The notes beneath the pieces are model-generated. The model was given only the letters and a program-made list of their open reading frames with translations. It was not told the DNA's origin and made no database searches. Positions 22,522-33,171 of a stretch of 64,000 nt of DNA are shown here, one piece after another. The stretch spans positions 7,232,001 to 7,296,000 of the forward strand of contig JASGJH010000001.1 of assembly GCA_047601445.1 (NCBI GenBank). The letters run 5' to 3'. How positions within the stretch are numbered: position 1 is the first letter of the stretch; every line of letters begins with the position of its first letter. The DNA is from Myxococcales bacterium (GTDB taxonomy: Bacteria; Myxococcota_A; Polyangia; Polyangiales; DASUME01). The translations under genes were made by a program, and so were the position numbers.

Positions 22522-23247
22522 ATGGTGGATGCTGCCCGCGTCGACAAGCTGATCGAGGTGCGCGGCCTGCACAAGGTGTACATGCAGGACACGCTCGAGG
22601 TGCCCGTGCTGTCGGGCATCGAGCTCAGCATCGGCAAGGGCGAAGTGGTGGCGCTGGTGGGGCCGAGCGGATCCGGCAAGTCCACCTTGCTCAACCTACT
22701 CGGGTGTCTGGACCGGCCTACCTCCGGCCACTATTTTCTCGGCGGCCGCGACGTGTCGCTGCTGACGCGCGCCGAGCAAGCCTGGGTGCGCCTGCACTAT
22801 CTGGGCTTCGTGTTCCAGGGCTTCCATCTGCTGCCCACGGCCAGCGCGCTCGAGAACGTGGCGCTGCCGCTCTTCTACGCGGGCGTGGACAAGAGGGAGC
22901 GCGAGGAGCGCGCCCGCGTGTTGCTCACGCGGGTGGGGCTCGGTGAGCGCTGCGACCATCGGCCGAACCAGCTCTCGGGCGGTCAGCGTCAGCGTGTGGC
23001 CATCGCGCGTGCCCTGGCGAATCGACCGCGCCTCTTGTTGGCCGACGAGCCCACGGGTGCGCTCGACCAGCACAGCGGCGAAGAAGTGCTCGGGCTGCTC
23101 GACGAGCTGCACAACGAAACCGGGCTCAGCATGTTGATCGTGACCCACGACGCCAAGGTCGCGCGCACCGCCAAGCGCGTGATCGTCCTGCGCGATGGGC
23201 GGATCATTCGGGATCAGCCAGGAGGCGCCGATGCGATCCTCGATTAA
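22522..23247 (+). CDS. MacB/LolD-type ABC ATP-binding subunit
   Basis: GPSGSGKST, LSGGQRQRVAIARAL, LADEPTGALD. Confidence 0.95.
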   Translation: MVDAARVDKLIEVRGLHKVYMQDTLEVPVLSGIELSIGKGEVVALVGPSGSGKSTLLNLLGCLDRPTSGHYFLGGRDVSLLTRAEQAWVRLHYLGFVFQGFHLLPTASALENVALPLFYAGVDKREREERARVLLTRVGLGERCDHRPNQLSGGQRQRVAIARALANRPRLLLADEPTGALDQHSGEEVLGLLDELHNETGLSMLIVTHDAKVARTAKRVIVLRDGRIIRDQPGGADAILD

Positions 23248-24442
23248 GGACAGCGTGGTGATGGCGCTGCAGGTGCCGATGCGCAATCCGGGGCGCAGCG
23301 CGCTGACGGCGCTCGGCCTGGCCATCGGTGTCAGCGCTTTCATCGCCATGGTGAGCTTCGGCCGCGGTGCACAGGGGTCGGTGGTCTCGCAGTTCGAAAC
23401 CCTGGGGTCGAATCTGTTGCGCGTGAAGGCCGCCGTCAGCATCTTCGATCAGAACCCGCACGTGCTCGACGACCGCGACGTGAAGGCGTTGCAGCGCGAG
23501 TCAACGACCATCGATTGGGTGGTTCCGATCTACCAGCGCACCTTCGATGTGTCGCACGCCGGACGGGTGTTCCGCACCACGGTGCGTGGCATCAACGAGA
23601 ACTTCAACAAGACCCGCGACGAGCCCATCCCCACGGGCGGCCCCTTCGATGCGATGGACGTGGTGCAGCACGCCAAGGTCTGTCTGTTGGGCGCCACGGT
23701 GCAGCGCGAGATCTTCGCCGAGGGGGAAGACCCGCTAGGGCAGACGATCCTGATCAATGGGCGCATGCCCTGCACGGTGATCGGCACGCTGCTCAAGCGC
23801 GGCGCGGCCATCAGCGGCAGCGACATGGACGATCGTGTGCTGATGCCGATCACCACCTTCGAGTCCCAGTTCGGAGGCTCCCATGGCTACGCCTACATCG
23901 AGGTGAGGCCGAAGAGCCGCGCCCTGCTCGACGCTGCGCGCCAGGAGACCTTCGACATCTTGCGACGCATGCACAGCATTCGTCCGGGGGAAGGCGACGA
24001 CTTCCAGATCTTGAGCCCCGACGAGGTCACCCGCGTGGCGAACCAGATCGGCGGCATCTTGACCGGGCTTCTGGCGGGCATCGCGGGCGTGTCCCTGCTC
24101 GTGGGGGGCATCGGCATCATGAACATCCAGCTGATGTCAGTGGCCGAGCGCACCCATGAAATCGGCGTACGCGCGGCCATCGGTGCGTCACCCGATGCGA
24201 TCTTGCGGCAGTTCTTGGCCGAGGCCGCGATGTTGGCGGCCATCGGCACGTCGGCAGGCGTCGCACTCGGCGTGACGGCGGCCGTGCTGGTGGCCAAGAA
24301 GATGGGCTGGCCCGGCGCGGCACAACCCGACGTGATCATCGTGGCCAGTCTGTTCGGCATCGGCGTGGGCACCCTGTTCGGATACGTGCCGGCCAAGCGT
24401 GCTGCCGACCTGGATCCCATCGAAGCTTTGAGGCGGGAGTAA
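23231..24442 (+). CDS. MacB-type ABC permease
   Basis: RSALTALGLAIG, GGIGIMNI..SVAERTHEIGVR, DPIEALRRE; GGAGG RBS. Confidence 0.95.
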   Translation: MRSSIKDSVVMALQVPMRNPGRSALTALGLAIGVSAFIAMVSFGRGAQGSVVSQFETLGSNLLRVKAAVSIFDQNPHVLDDRDVKALQRESTTIDWVVPIYQRTFDVSHAGRVFRTTVRGINENFNKTRDEPIPTGGPFDAMDVVQHAKVCLLGATVQREIFAEGEDPLGQTILINGRMPCTVIGTLLKRGAAISGSDMDDRVLMPITTFESQFGGSHGYAYIEVRPKSRALLDAARQETFDILRRMHSIRPGEGDDFQILSPDEVTRVANQIGGILTGLLAGIAGVSLLVGGIGIMNIQLMSVAERTHEIGVRAAIGASPDAILRQFLAEAAMLAAIGTSAGVALGVTAAVLVAKKMGWPGAAQPDVIIVASLFGIGVGTLFGYVPAKRAADLDPIEALRRE

Positions 24443-24444
24443 CC

Positions 24445-25818
24445 GTGTTGCGTTGGTCGGCTCCAATCCTTGGTCTCCTTACGCTGACGCTCGCGGCGCG
24501 CGCGCAGGCGGAGGTCGTCACGTTGTCGTTCCTCGAGAAGCGGGCGCTCGAGGCTGATGGATTCGAGGACACGCACGCAGCGAAGTCGCGCGGGTCGGAG
24601 GCGGAGCTGCGCAGGACGGCGGCGGCCTACTATCCGCAGGTGACGCTGCGCGTCGGGACCAACATTCTGCCGGGCAGCCAGCTGCTCACCGTCTGCGGTG
24701 TGTACGGCAGCAACCCTCCGAGTGGTAAGCAGGAAGGAGACCCAAAGCCCTGCGGTAAGAACTTCAGGGAAAACCAGTTCCAGGTTCAGGGCGCGCGAAC
24801 CTTCAGCCAAGGTGGAGACGCCTTCGTGCCCGTGGTGCAAAATCGCCTTGAAGTCGCGGCCAGCGCTCCGATCTACGATTTCGGGCGCACCAAGGCTGCC
24901 GTCGACGCCGGCAAGGCCTCCCTCTCCGCGGTGCGCGCCGAGCGCGACGCCGAGGGCGAGACCCTCGTGCGCCAGGTGCGCGTCGCCTACTTGAACTGGC
25001 TGAGCGCCCACGAGATCGCGCGGGTCACCGAGGCGGCCGCGCGCGACGCCGAGGAGCGCTTTGCACGCGTATCCGCGCTGGTGGAAGAGGGGAGCAAGCC
25101 CAAGGCCGAGCTGCCTCCCGCTCACAGCGACGCTCTCCTTACCAAGCTCGAGTTGACGCGCGCGCAGGGTGATCTGGCGAACGCCCAACAAGTGTTGGAA
25201 GACGCGGTGGGGGAGCCTCTGCCTCCAGGGGCCGAGCCTGAGCTCAGCCTGATCGAAGACACGAACGCTCAGGTCGTGGCGCTCTCGTATGCGACCGACG
25301 CGATGGCCCAGGTGATCGAGAAGCAACGCACGGCCGCCGAGAAGCTCGAGCTCAGCTACAAGAAGCAGAACCTGCCGCAGCTCGCGCTGTCGGCCCTGGT
25401 CGGCGCGCGCAATCAGCAATCGCATTTCTTCCCGCTGTACGCCGCCGGACTCTCGTTCTTCGTCCCGCTCTACGACGGCGGCCTGAGCCGCGCCTTGGCG
25501 TCCTCTGCGCGCGCCCAGCGTGACGCGCTCGACGCCCAGCTGCGTGCCCACATGCGCGAGCAGGAGAGCTTGCACTTGAAGGCAGAGCGCGACGCCGACC
25601 AAGCACTCGACTCACTGTCGATCGCGAATCAGTTGCTGACGGTGGCCGAAAAGCAGCTCCACGACGCACAAGCGGGCTACGACCTCGGCGTGAACGGCAT
25701 CGAACAAATCGCTGGCGCGCGTGCCCTGGTGCGACGCGCGCAGACCGAGGTGTTGCTCTCCAAGGTGGCTCACGCCGAGGCCCGCATGCGCGTGGCGCCG
25801 GTGGACACTTCGCCCTGA
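24445..25818 (+). CDS. TolC-family outer membrane efflux protein
   Basis: Signal peptide, YYPQVTL, PIYDFG, PLYDGG, helical repeats; last gene of the operon. Confidence 0.85.
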   Translation: MLRWSAPILGLLTLTLAARAQAEVVTLSFLEKRALEADGFEDTHAAKSRGSEAELRRTAAAYYPQVTLRVGTNILPGSQLLTVCGVYGSNPPSGKQEGDPKPCGKNFRENQFQVQGARTFSQGGDAFVPVVQNRLEVAASAPIYDFGRTKAAVDAGKASLSAVRAERDAEGETLVRQVRVAYLNWLSAHEIARVTEAAARDAEERFARVSALVEEGSKPKAELPPAHSDALLTKLELTRAQGDLANAQQVLEDAVGEPLPPGAEPELSLIEDTNAQVVALSYATDAMAQVIEKQRTAAEKLELSYKKQNLPQLALSALVGARNQQSHFFPLYAAGLSFFVPLYDGGLSRALASSARAQRDALDAQLRAHMREQESLHLKAERDADQALDSLSIANQLLTVAEKQLHDAQAGYDLGVNGIEQIAGARALVRRAQTEVLLSKVAHAEARMRVAPVDTSP

Positions 25819-26025
25819 GCCAAGCCGCGGATCCTCCCCGCGAACCAGCGCATTTCGAGGCTCCGTACTTTCACGGCTTTCGTCCCCGACCGAGGATCAT
25901 TTCGCGCAAGCTTCGCGGCGGATCACGTTTGGCACGCCGGGTTTTTCTCGCGTCATCACTATTGACGCATCGCTCCACGAGGATCAGTCTCGCGCTTATC
26001 GGCACTGAACACGTGGGGTGGCGCG

Positions 26026-26883
26026 ATGAAGAACCTCTTCAGGCAAGGGCTCAAGCGACTGACGGCCAGCAGTGAACGGCGAGCCCGGGGCTCCCATGAA
26101 GCCAAGGTCATCTCCATCGCGTCGCTCAAGGGCGGTGTCGGCAAGACCACCACCAGCGTGAACCTGGCTTCCGCGCTGGCTCGCTACCACCAGCAGCGCG
26201 TGCTCCTGGTGGACCTCGATCCCCAGGGCCACGTGGGCACCTCCCTGCGTGCGCAGATCCTACAGGGCGGCGGCCGGCTCTCCGAGATCCTCACCGCAGA
26301 AGAGGCCGGTCATGTGATGGACGTGGCCACCGACACCAGCGTGCCCTTCCTGCGCGTGACCCCCTCGGATCCCAGCCTCAACGAAGCCGAGAACCTGCTG
26401 AGCGCCAAGATCGGCAAGGAGATGATCCTGCGCGACGCGCTCGAGATCACGCGCACCTACTTCGACGTGATCGTGATCGACTGCCCGCCCAATCTCGGGA
26501 ACCTGACGATCAACGCGCTGGTCGCCTCGGACTTCTTGCTGGTGCCGTGCGACCTCTCGCCGCTCGCGATGCGCGGCGTGGAGAGCCTGCTCAAGCAGTC
26601 TCAGCAGATCGGCGCGCGACTCAACCCGCAGCTCGACCTCTTGGGTGTGGTGATCACCCGCTACGACTCGCGCACGCCCACGATGAACGACGCGGTGCTG
26701 TCCTCGTTGGAGCACAACTTCGGGGAGGCCCTGGTGCCGGTGCGTATCGGCGTGAGCACGAGTCTCTCGCGCGCACAGCACGAGGGCACCGAGATCTTCG
26801 AGCACGACGAAAAGTCACGTGGCGCACTCCACTACCGTGAGCTGGCTGCCGAAATCGCGCGTCGACTGAGCGTCATCAACTGA
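26026..26883 (+). CDS. ParA/Soj-family ATPase (no adjacent parB)
   Basis: KGGVGKTT, VDLDPQG, IDCPP. Confidence 0.9.
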   Translation: MKNLFRQGLKRLTASSERRARGSHEAKVISIASLKGGVGKTTTSVNLASALARYHQQRVLLVDLDPQGHVGTSLRAQILQGGGRLSEILTAEEAGHVMDVATDTSVPFLRVTPSDPSLNEAENLLSAKIGKEMILRDALEITRTYFDVIVIDCPPNLGNLTINALVASDFLLVPCDLSPLAMRGVESLLKQSQQIGARLNPQLDLLGVVITRYDSRTPTMNDAVLSSLEHNFGEALVPVRIGVSTSLSRAQHEGTEIFEHDEKSRGALHYRELAAEIARRLSVIN

Positions 26884-27076
26884 AAATCCCCGTTGTCTGA
26901 CCTGTCGCGGGCCCCCTGGGGCTCGCGCGCCTGCAATTTGAGGGAGTTGCGCCCTCGGCTGTTGTTGCAAGGCCGGGGCCCGCGTAATCTCAGGCAGAAT
27001 GAGGGGCCCCCAAGACGCCAAGGTGGTGCCGACCGTGCGGTTGGAGTGTTGCTCGCCGCCGGGCTCGCCTGCGTCG

Positions 27077-27958
27077 ATGTCCGTATCGAAGCGCGCTCGG
27101 CCCGGCTCTAGAGGGGCGCTTGCGGCGGTTCTGATGGAGCTCGGTGCGCTGTCTGCTGGCTGCACCTCCACGGTGCTGCTCGGTGGTGACTGCGCAGACA
27201 AGACTGCCTGCGATGGCCCCACGCACGGCGACGGTGACGCCCTCGGCTCCGACGGCGACGGCGACGGCGATGGGGCCGCAGGCGATGGTGACGGCGACGC
27301 GAGCAACCTGGATGCTGGTTCCAAGCCCAAGCCGGACGGCGGGCACGCACCCGTAGTGGATGCTTTCATTCCCGACCCCGGGCCGCCTCCGCCAGGCCCC
27401 GACGGAGGGCCGGGCACACCGTTTCCTGCGTTCCAGAACCCATCCTTCGAGCGCACGTCGGGTACGGGCCCCGGCGATCTCGCGGTGGGAGCGACCGGCG
27501 CGCTGGCTCCCTGGGTGGCCTGTGCGATTCCGATCGGACAGTTCAACTTCTTGCGCGTGGAGCAGGACACGTTCGGCGTCACGCCCACCGACGGCAGCTA
27601 CTTCCTCGGCTACAGCTACATGTACTTCGTGAACATCTCCATGCCCGTGGCGCAGACGCTGCAAATCCCCCTCAAGGCGGGGCAGCGCTACGCGTTCCTG
27701 GTGGACGTGCGAAGTCAGTCGGGCTCCGACGAACAACTCGGGTTGCTCGTGAAGGGCGGCACCACTCCGTGCGTGGCCCCGACCACGCTCGCCGAGGGCG
27801 ACTATCTGCCGAACGACGTGTGGACGACCCAGTGCATCACCTTCACGCCGAGCAGTGACCTCAGCGAGATCGCATTCATGCCGAAGAACAAGAACGGCAT
27901 CGCGATCACCAATCGCTTCTACGTCGATAACATTCGTCCCGATCCGAGCTGTCAGTGA
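27077..27958 (+). CDS. Putative lipoprotein with (GD)n linker and beta-sandwich/CBM-like domain
   Basis: SAGC lipobox-like motif, GD repeats, FQNPSFE motif. Start uncertain. Confidence 0.65.
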   Translation: MSVSKRARPGSRGALAAVLMELGALSAGCTSTVLLGGDCADKTACDGPTHGDGDALGSDGDGDGDGAAGDGDGDASNLDAGSKPKPDGGHAPVVDAFIPDPGPPPPGPDGGPGTPFPAFQNPSFERTSGTGPGDLAVGATGALAPWVACAIPIGQFNFLRVEQDTFGVTPTDGSYFLGYSYMYFVNISMPVAQTLQIPLKAGQRYAFLVDVRSQSGSDEQLGLLVKGGTTPCVAPTTLAEGDYLPNDVWTTQCITFTPSSDLSEIAFMPKNKNGIAITNRFYVDNIRPDPSCQ

Positions 27959-28198
27959 ACGGCGCGCGCTGAGCGCTGCGGATATCGCGCGGCGCTGCGT
28001 CTTTCGGGAGAATTTGCGCAGCGCCGCGAGAGTCCTACCGCAGCACGCGATGCAATCTCACGTTGCGAACACAATCGTGCGCGTGGCTCGAACTGTCTGC
28101 CGAGTGCGCTTGACGCACGCACGCAAAAGCCGTCGAAATCGGCTCGCTCGACCTCCGTGTGCTGATTCAAGCCGGCCGTCGAGCGGAGGCCATTCGTC

Positions 28199-29254
28199 AT
28201 GGGTCATGCGCATAAATTCATCTTGTTGGCGGCATTGTTGGCGGCGTGCGGCGAAGACCCTTTGCCGCCCGGCTTCGGGCAGGACGGGGACAACATCAAA
28301 GGAGACGGCGACGGAGATGGGGATGGCGACGGAGATGGTGACGGCGATGGCGACGGCGATGGAGATGGCGATGGAGATGGCGATTCCGGTGACGGTGACG
28401 TCGGCGACGGGGATCGCGGCGATGGTGACGGCGACGTAGGCGACGGCGACGCAGGCGACGGGGATGCCGGTGATGGCGATGCACCGGTGACTCCGGGAGA
28501 GGGCCCGCCCGCCAGCAAGCTACCCAAGCCCAAAGGCACCTGTTCCACGCTCAAGGACGGCGCATTCACGATGAATGGAGCCACAGTGCAGCTCACCGTG
28601 GGCACCAAGCCGGGCCCCGTGTACTTCTACTTCCACGGCACCGGCAGCATGCCGAGCGAGGTCGACCAAGGCATTCCCGGCGCGCGTAGCGCCGTGAAGA
28701 CCAAGGGCGGATTGGTGGCGACTTGGGACGTGTCGAGCCCGATGGGTGACAGTACGGGTTCGTTCTGGGAGGTCTGGCACACGGGTGACTTCGACGTGGC
28801 CGATCAGATCCTCGCCTGCGCCATCCAGCAGAAGATCGTCGACACCTCGCACATCCACGTGGCGGGCTACAGCGCGGGCGGGTTGCAGACGGGCGCCATG
28901 GTCTACATGCGCTCGAACTATCTCGCGAGCGCCATCGTGTATTCGGGTGGCAAGGGCTTCGGGGCCCAGGGGCTGCAGGATCCGAGCAACGTGCCGAGCA
29001 CCGTGTTCGCTCACGGCGCCATGGGCTCGGACATGGTGGTCATCGACTTCGCTCAGCAGAGCGCGACCATGGAGAACGACCTCAAGACGAAGGGCTTCAT
29101 CGTGGATTGCAACGATGGTGGCGGCCACGTGCAGCCCGGTCGCCTGGGCATCATGGGCAACGCCACCAAGTTCTTCGAGACCCACGGCTACAAGCAGAAC
29201 GGCTATGGTTCGACCCTGCCGGGCTGGCCTAGCACCTGCAAGATCGTCAAGTAG
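28199..29254 (+). CDS. Lipoprotein with (GD)n linker and alpha/beta-hydrolase (esterase/depolymerase-like) domain
   Basis: LAAC lipobox; FHGTG; nucleophile elbow GYSAGG; GGGH. Confidence 0.8.
   Translation: MGHAHKFILLAALLAACGEDPLPPGFGQDGDNIKGDGDGDGDGDGDGDGDGDGDGDGDGDGDSGDGDVGDGDRGDGDGDVGDGDAGDGDAGDGDAPVTPGEGPPASKLPKPKGTCSTLKDGAFTMNGATVQLTVGTKPGPVYFYFHGTGSMPSEVDQGIPGARSAVKTKGGLVATWDVSSPMGDSTGSFWEVWHTGDFDVADQILACAIQQKIVDTSHIHVAGYSAGGLQTGAMVYMRSNYLASAIVYSGGKGFGAQGLQDPSNVPSTVFAHGAMGSDMVVIDFAQQSATMENDLKTKGFIVDCNDGGGHVQPGRLGIMGNATKFFETHGYKQNGYGSTLPGWPSTCKIVK
28301..28480 (+). repeat. Coding tandem hexamer repeat (GGN-GAY)n encoding Gly-Asp
   Basis: Visible degenerate 6-bp periodicity; similar tracts near 27227-27297 and 41744-41805. 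Confidence 0.9.
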
Positions 29255-29263
29255 CGCCGGCCC

Positions 29264-30478
29264 TCAGTCGCGCATGTAGTGGCAGGTGTAGCCGCCCGGG
29301 TGCTTCACCAGATAGTCCTGGTGGTAGCCCTCGGCGGGCGTGAACGGGCCGGCCTCGACGATGTCCGTGACCACCGGGCTCTTCCACTTGCCCGAGCGAT
29401 TGACGCGCTCCTTCACTTCTTCGGCGGTCTTGCGCTGCTCCTTGGAGTTCACGAAGATCACCGAGCGATACTGGGTGCCGACGTCGTTGCCCTGACGGTT
29501 CTTGGTGGTGGGGTCGTGCATCTTGAAGAACCACTTCTCGAGCAGATCGGCGTAGGAGATCTTGCTGGGGTCGAAGAGCACGCGCACCGACTCGGCGTGG
29601 CCCGTGCGACCACTCTTGACGTCCTCGTAGGTGGGGGCCTTGCTGGTGCCGCCCGCGTAGCCGACCTCCGTCTCGAGCACGCCCGGAATGGCGCGCAGGA
29701 TGTCCTCCATGCCCCAGAAGCAACCGCCGGCCAGCACGGCTGTCTCGAGGGTCGCTTTGCAGCCGGGGGCTTGGCCCGGTTCCGGTAGGTTGCACGCGTT
29801 GGCCTGAGCCGCAGCGGGAGTGGCGGTGCCGGCCGCGCCTGATGTCGCCGTCTTGGCCTGGTCGGGCTTGAATAGCGGGGCGTACTCGCCGTAGCCCTCG
29901 CTCTCCAGCTTGGCCACGGGCACGAAGCGCAGCGAGGCAGAGTTGATGCAGTAGCGCATGCCGGTGGGACCAGGGCCGTCGTCGAACACGTGACCGAGGT
30001 GCGAGCTGCCGGCCTTGGAGCGCACCTCCGTGCGGACCATGCCGTAGGCGCGGTCGACCTTCTCGACCACGCGATTGGGCTCGACGGGCTGCGTGAAGCT
30101 GGGCCAACCGGTGCCCGAGTCGAACTTGTCGACGGAAGCGAACAGCGGCTCGCCGGTGGCGATGTCGACGTAGAGCCCCGCGTCGTGGTTGTCCCAGAGC
30201 GAGTTGCGGAACGCGGGCTCGGTGGCGTCGCGCTGCGTGACTTCGTACTGGAGAGGCGTGAGCTTCTGCTTCAGCTCCGCGTCCGAGGGCTTCGTATACG
30301 TTCGCTTGGACATGATGGAACTCCGACGAGATTGGGCGTCGACGTTCGACGCTTCAAAGGGGCCGCGCAACGCGACCGCGCCGATCAGCAGCAGGCAGGA
30401 CACGAGCACGCCCGGTGACCGCAACACGGCATGAAGGGTGGAAGCGCGCGAGCCAAGAATCGATCGCACAGTACGCAT
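29264..30478 (-). CDS. msrAB: Bifunctional methionine sulfoxide reductase MsrB-MsrA with N-terminal export/anchor segment
   Basis: Msr[24 protein letters not shown]; MsrA GCFWG, GHAE, YHQDY; AGAGGAG RBS before ATG 30478. Confidence 0.95.
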   Translation of the reverse strand: MRTVRSILGSRASTLHAVLRSPGVLVSCLLLIGAVALRGPFEASNVDAQSRRSSIMSKRTYTKPSDAELKQKLTPLQYEVTQRDATEPAFRNSLWDNHDAGLYVDIATGEPLFASVDKFDSGTGWPSFTQPVEPNRVVEKVDRAYGMVRTEVRSKAGSSHLGHVFDDGPGPTGMRYCINSASLRFVPVAKLESEGYGEYAPLFKPDQAKTATSGAAGTATPAAAQANACNLPEPGQAPGCKATLETAVLAGGCFWGMEDILRAIPGVLETEVGYAGGTSKAPTYEDVKSGRTGHAESVRVLFDPSKISYADLLEKWFFKMHDPTTKNRQGNDVGTQYRSVIFVNSKEQRKTAEEVKERVNRSGKWKSPVVTDIVEAGPFTPAEGYHQDYLVKHPGGYTCHYMRD

Positions 30479-30501
30479 GATGAGCACTCCTCTGCACAAA
30501 G

Positions 30502-30532
30502 CTAGTCCGCGGCGGGGCGCCAAAAGGTTTCA
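30502..30532 (-). promoter_or_regulatory. Candidate ECF-sigma promoter upstream of msrAB
   Basis: Minus strand TGAAACC-TTTTGGCGCCCCGCCGCG-GACTA has the AAC-type -35 of ECF promoters; pattern match only. Confidence 0.3.
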
Positions 30533-31014
30533 TGGGTCGATTTTCTGGCCATGTGTTCAGCCTGGATCTGGAACGAATCCGGGGCACTAGACAATTGCGG
30601 CGAGGGTTGCCGGACCTCCAGCCCGCTGCACGGAGGACGGCTCGTGCTCTTTCTACGTAGTGCTCGCGGCGTCGGATCGCCGGGCGCGCGTGGGCAGATC
30701 TCGTCGACGAGCGCTGGTGTCGATGCGGGCGTCGGAACGAGGTCGTCCGATGTGCGTACGCGAGCACCCGGGCGTGATTTGCTCGTTCGCACGAGGGAGC
30801 GCGCAGGATGTCGTACCTGCGTGAGCTACTCCCTAACTAACAGTCAGATCGCGGGACAATCTGTCACAACTCCGAAAAAAGGGCTTTCCTCTCGTCCATT
30901 CAGGGTTGGTTTTCCACCGAGACGTTGAGATAACAGGACCCTCTTCTTGTAGTACCTGGTCTCGCTCCGCGCGCAGGAATGCGCGCTTCGACACGCCGTA
31001 CATGGAGGAACGAC

Positions 31015-32541
31015 ATGAAACGTATCGGTACGAGCTTCTCTGCGCTGACCGCGATCGCGCTCGCACTCGGCGGTTACGCTGCGGCAGAAGAACCGAAGAC
31101 GGCGCCCGCGAAGGCCCCCACTGCGACGCCGACCACGGCAGCGCCCGCGGCCACCAAGCCCACGCCCGCACCCACGCCGGTGACTGCGCCGACCAAGGCG
31201 GCCCCGACCGCGGCTGCAGCTCCGGCCGTGGCTCCGAAGGCCGAGGCGACCAAGGCTGCCGCGGCTCCGACCACGCCCGATGGGCTCGCTCAAGCGGCCG
31301 TCGCGGCCAATGCCAAGGCGCAGGACGCGCTCAAGACGGCCACTTCGCAGCGCGCGGCCGCGGAGGCCAGCGCAGCGGAACTCAAGACCCAGCGCGACGC
31401 GTTGGCCAAGCTGCGCAAGGAGCACACGGGCGGCCTCGCCAAGGGCAAGGCTGCTGCGGCGAGCTACGACAGCGCCAACAAGGCCACCAAGGCGGAGGCG
31501 GCGCCGAAATCCGTCGACAAGCTCGAGCTGGCCGAAGCCAGCTTGACGGCGGTGGCGGCCAAGGCCCCAGACGTCGTGAAGGGCGCAGAGAGCGTACTGG
31601 CCGGTGAGACCGCGCTGGTGGCCGCCGCCAACGCGAGCATCGAGGCCTCGACCCGGGCCCAGGACGCGGCCAAGGACGCGGAAGACGCATTGAAGGCGCT
31701 GAAGGCGCTCGGTGCAGAGCTCGCATCGGCCCACGCGCGCAGCGAGAAGGCGCAGAAGACCACCCAGGCGGCGCTCGAGAAGGCGCAGAAGACCACCGAC
31801 AGCGCCAAGGCCAAGCTCGCCGAGCTGACGGCGCGTATGGGGCCGCAGGACGCGGCCAAGCCGGCTGCTCCGGCGGCCGCGCCGGCGGCTCCCGCCCCTG
31901 CGCCCGCGAAAGCCGCCGCGGCGCCTACCAAGAGCAAGGAAGGCGAAGTGGCGCCCGCGGCGCTGCAGCGCGCTCAAGAGGCGCTCGACACCGCGCAGGC
32001 CGCGCTGATGGGGGCCCAGAAGGCCAACGACGACGCCAAGGCAGCGGTGGACGCCAGCGCCAAGTCGCACGAGCCCGCCGTGAAGGCGTTGGCCCTGGCG
32101 GAGCCGGCGGCCAAGGACGCCAAGACCGCGGCCAAGGACGCGAAGAAGGAAGGTGCCAAGGCCAAGTCGGTGGCTGGCGCCGTGCTGGCGGGCTTCGAGG
32201 CGTACAAGGCCAAGGCCGAGCAGGAGCTCGCCAAGCTGCGACTCGAGACCGGCGACGTGGGCAAGGAGCTCGAGCATGTGCGCACGCGCATGGCGGACGC
32301 CAAGGCTCGCTTGGCGCGCGCGCAGGAGGGCAAGACGGCCGCAGCTGCGCCAGCGCCTGCACCGTCAGCCGCGCCGGCCGGTGCCGCAACGGCGGCCCAT
32401 CCCGCGCATCCCGCGCATCCTGCTGCGGCAGAGAAGCCGAAGACGGCTGCTGCCCCGGCCGCCGCGCCCGCCCAGCCTGCGAAGTCGGCCGCGCCGGCCG
32501 GCGCAACGGCGACCGGAGCGGTACCGGCAGCCAAGCCCTGA
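31015..32541 (+). CDS. Exported Ala/Lys-rich coiled-coil protein
   Basis: GGAGG RBS, signal peptide, helical AK-rich blocks separated by AP-rich linkers. Confidence 0.8.
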   Translation: MKRIGTSFSALTAIALALGGYAAAEEPKTAPAKAPTATPTTAAPAATKPTPAPTPVTAPTKAAPTAAAAPAVAPKAEATKAAAAPTTPDGLAQAAVAANAKAQDALKTATSQRAAAEASAAELKTQRDALAKLRKEHTGGLAKGKAAAASYDSANKATKAEAAPKSVDKLELAEASLTAVAAKAPDVVKGAESVLAGETALVAAANASIEASTRAQDAAKDAEDALKALKALGAELASAHARSEKAQKTTQAALEKAQKTTDSAKAKLAELTARMGPQDAAKPAAPAAAPAAPAPAPAKAAAAPTKSKEGEVAPAALQRAQEALDTAQAALMGAQKANDDAKAAVDASAKSHEPAVKALALAEPAAKDAKTAAKDAKKEGAKAKSVAGAVLAGFEAYKAKAEQELAKLRLETGDVGKELEHVRTRMADAKARLARAQEGKTAAAAPAPAPSAAPAGAATAAHPAHPAHPAAAEKPKTAAAPAAAPAQPAKSAAPAGATATGAVPAAKP

Positions 32542-32675
32542 GAGGGGGCTAGAGGGGCGGGGTCAGGGCCGGGCACGAACACGTGAAAGTGAACGGGGCG
32601 GGCCCTGCGGGGAAACGACTGGGACGAGGACGGGACCGGAGCGCAAAGCTCGCTGGGCTCGTCCTCGCGTCCGTT

Positions 32676-33050
32676 TCAGCCGCCCCCTTTGACGATCCTC
32701 AGGTTGGGGCCGCTGGGCGCGGGGGGCTTGGGTTTCTCCACCGCCGCTGGCCACACCACGATGGGCCCCGCGTAGGGCTCTCCGATCCACATGCGCGCGC
32801 AGGCTTCCCAGGGGATCGTCACGAAGTGCCGCACGCCCTGAACCGAGATCGTCGCGCTCCAGCCTTTTTCGTCGAGCACCAGATCCGGCATGCCCATCAC
32901 GCGCGGATCGCGGCCCACGCGCAGCACCAGATCTGCGCGACGAAATGGCTCGGGGACCGTGACATTGGGCGCCGTCGCATCCACCGCCACGAAAGGGCAC
33001 AGCGGGAGCAACGCGTCCATCAAGAGACGTTTTTGCTCGTTGAAGTCCAT
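32676..33050 (-). CDS. SspB-like ClpXP adaptor
   Basis: VDAT..VTVP, IPWEA, C-terminal PNLRIVK resembling the ClpX-binding LRVVK tail. Confidence 0.75.
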   Translation of the reverse strand: MDFNEQKRLLMDALLPLCPFVAVDATAPNVTVPEPFRRADLVLRVGRDPRVMGMPDLVLDEKGWSATISVQGVRHFVTIPWEACARMWIGEPYAGPIVVWPAAVEKPKPPAPSGPNLRIVKGGG

Positions 33051-33171
33051 CGTTCTCGCCTCAGCTAACACGGCGACCAGCGAGGAACCAGTGTCCACTT
33101 CGACGTATTCGAAGGCACGGGGGCCTTTGGCGCGCCCGCGGATTCGTGACAGCGTGTCCGGAGGTCCCTCG

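Noticed and set aside
19389..22694. 1101-aa minus-strand ORF
   Set aside because: Antisense shadow of the ABC-F, adaptor and ABC genes, as expected at high GC.
25929..25946. TGGCACG as a sigma-54 promoter for parA
   Set aside because: The required -12 GC is missing at the correct spacing.
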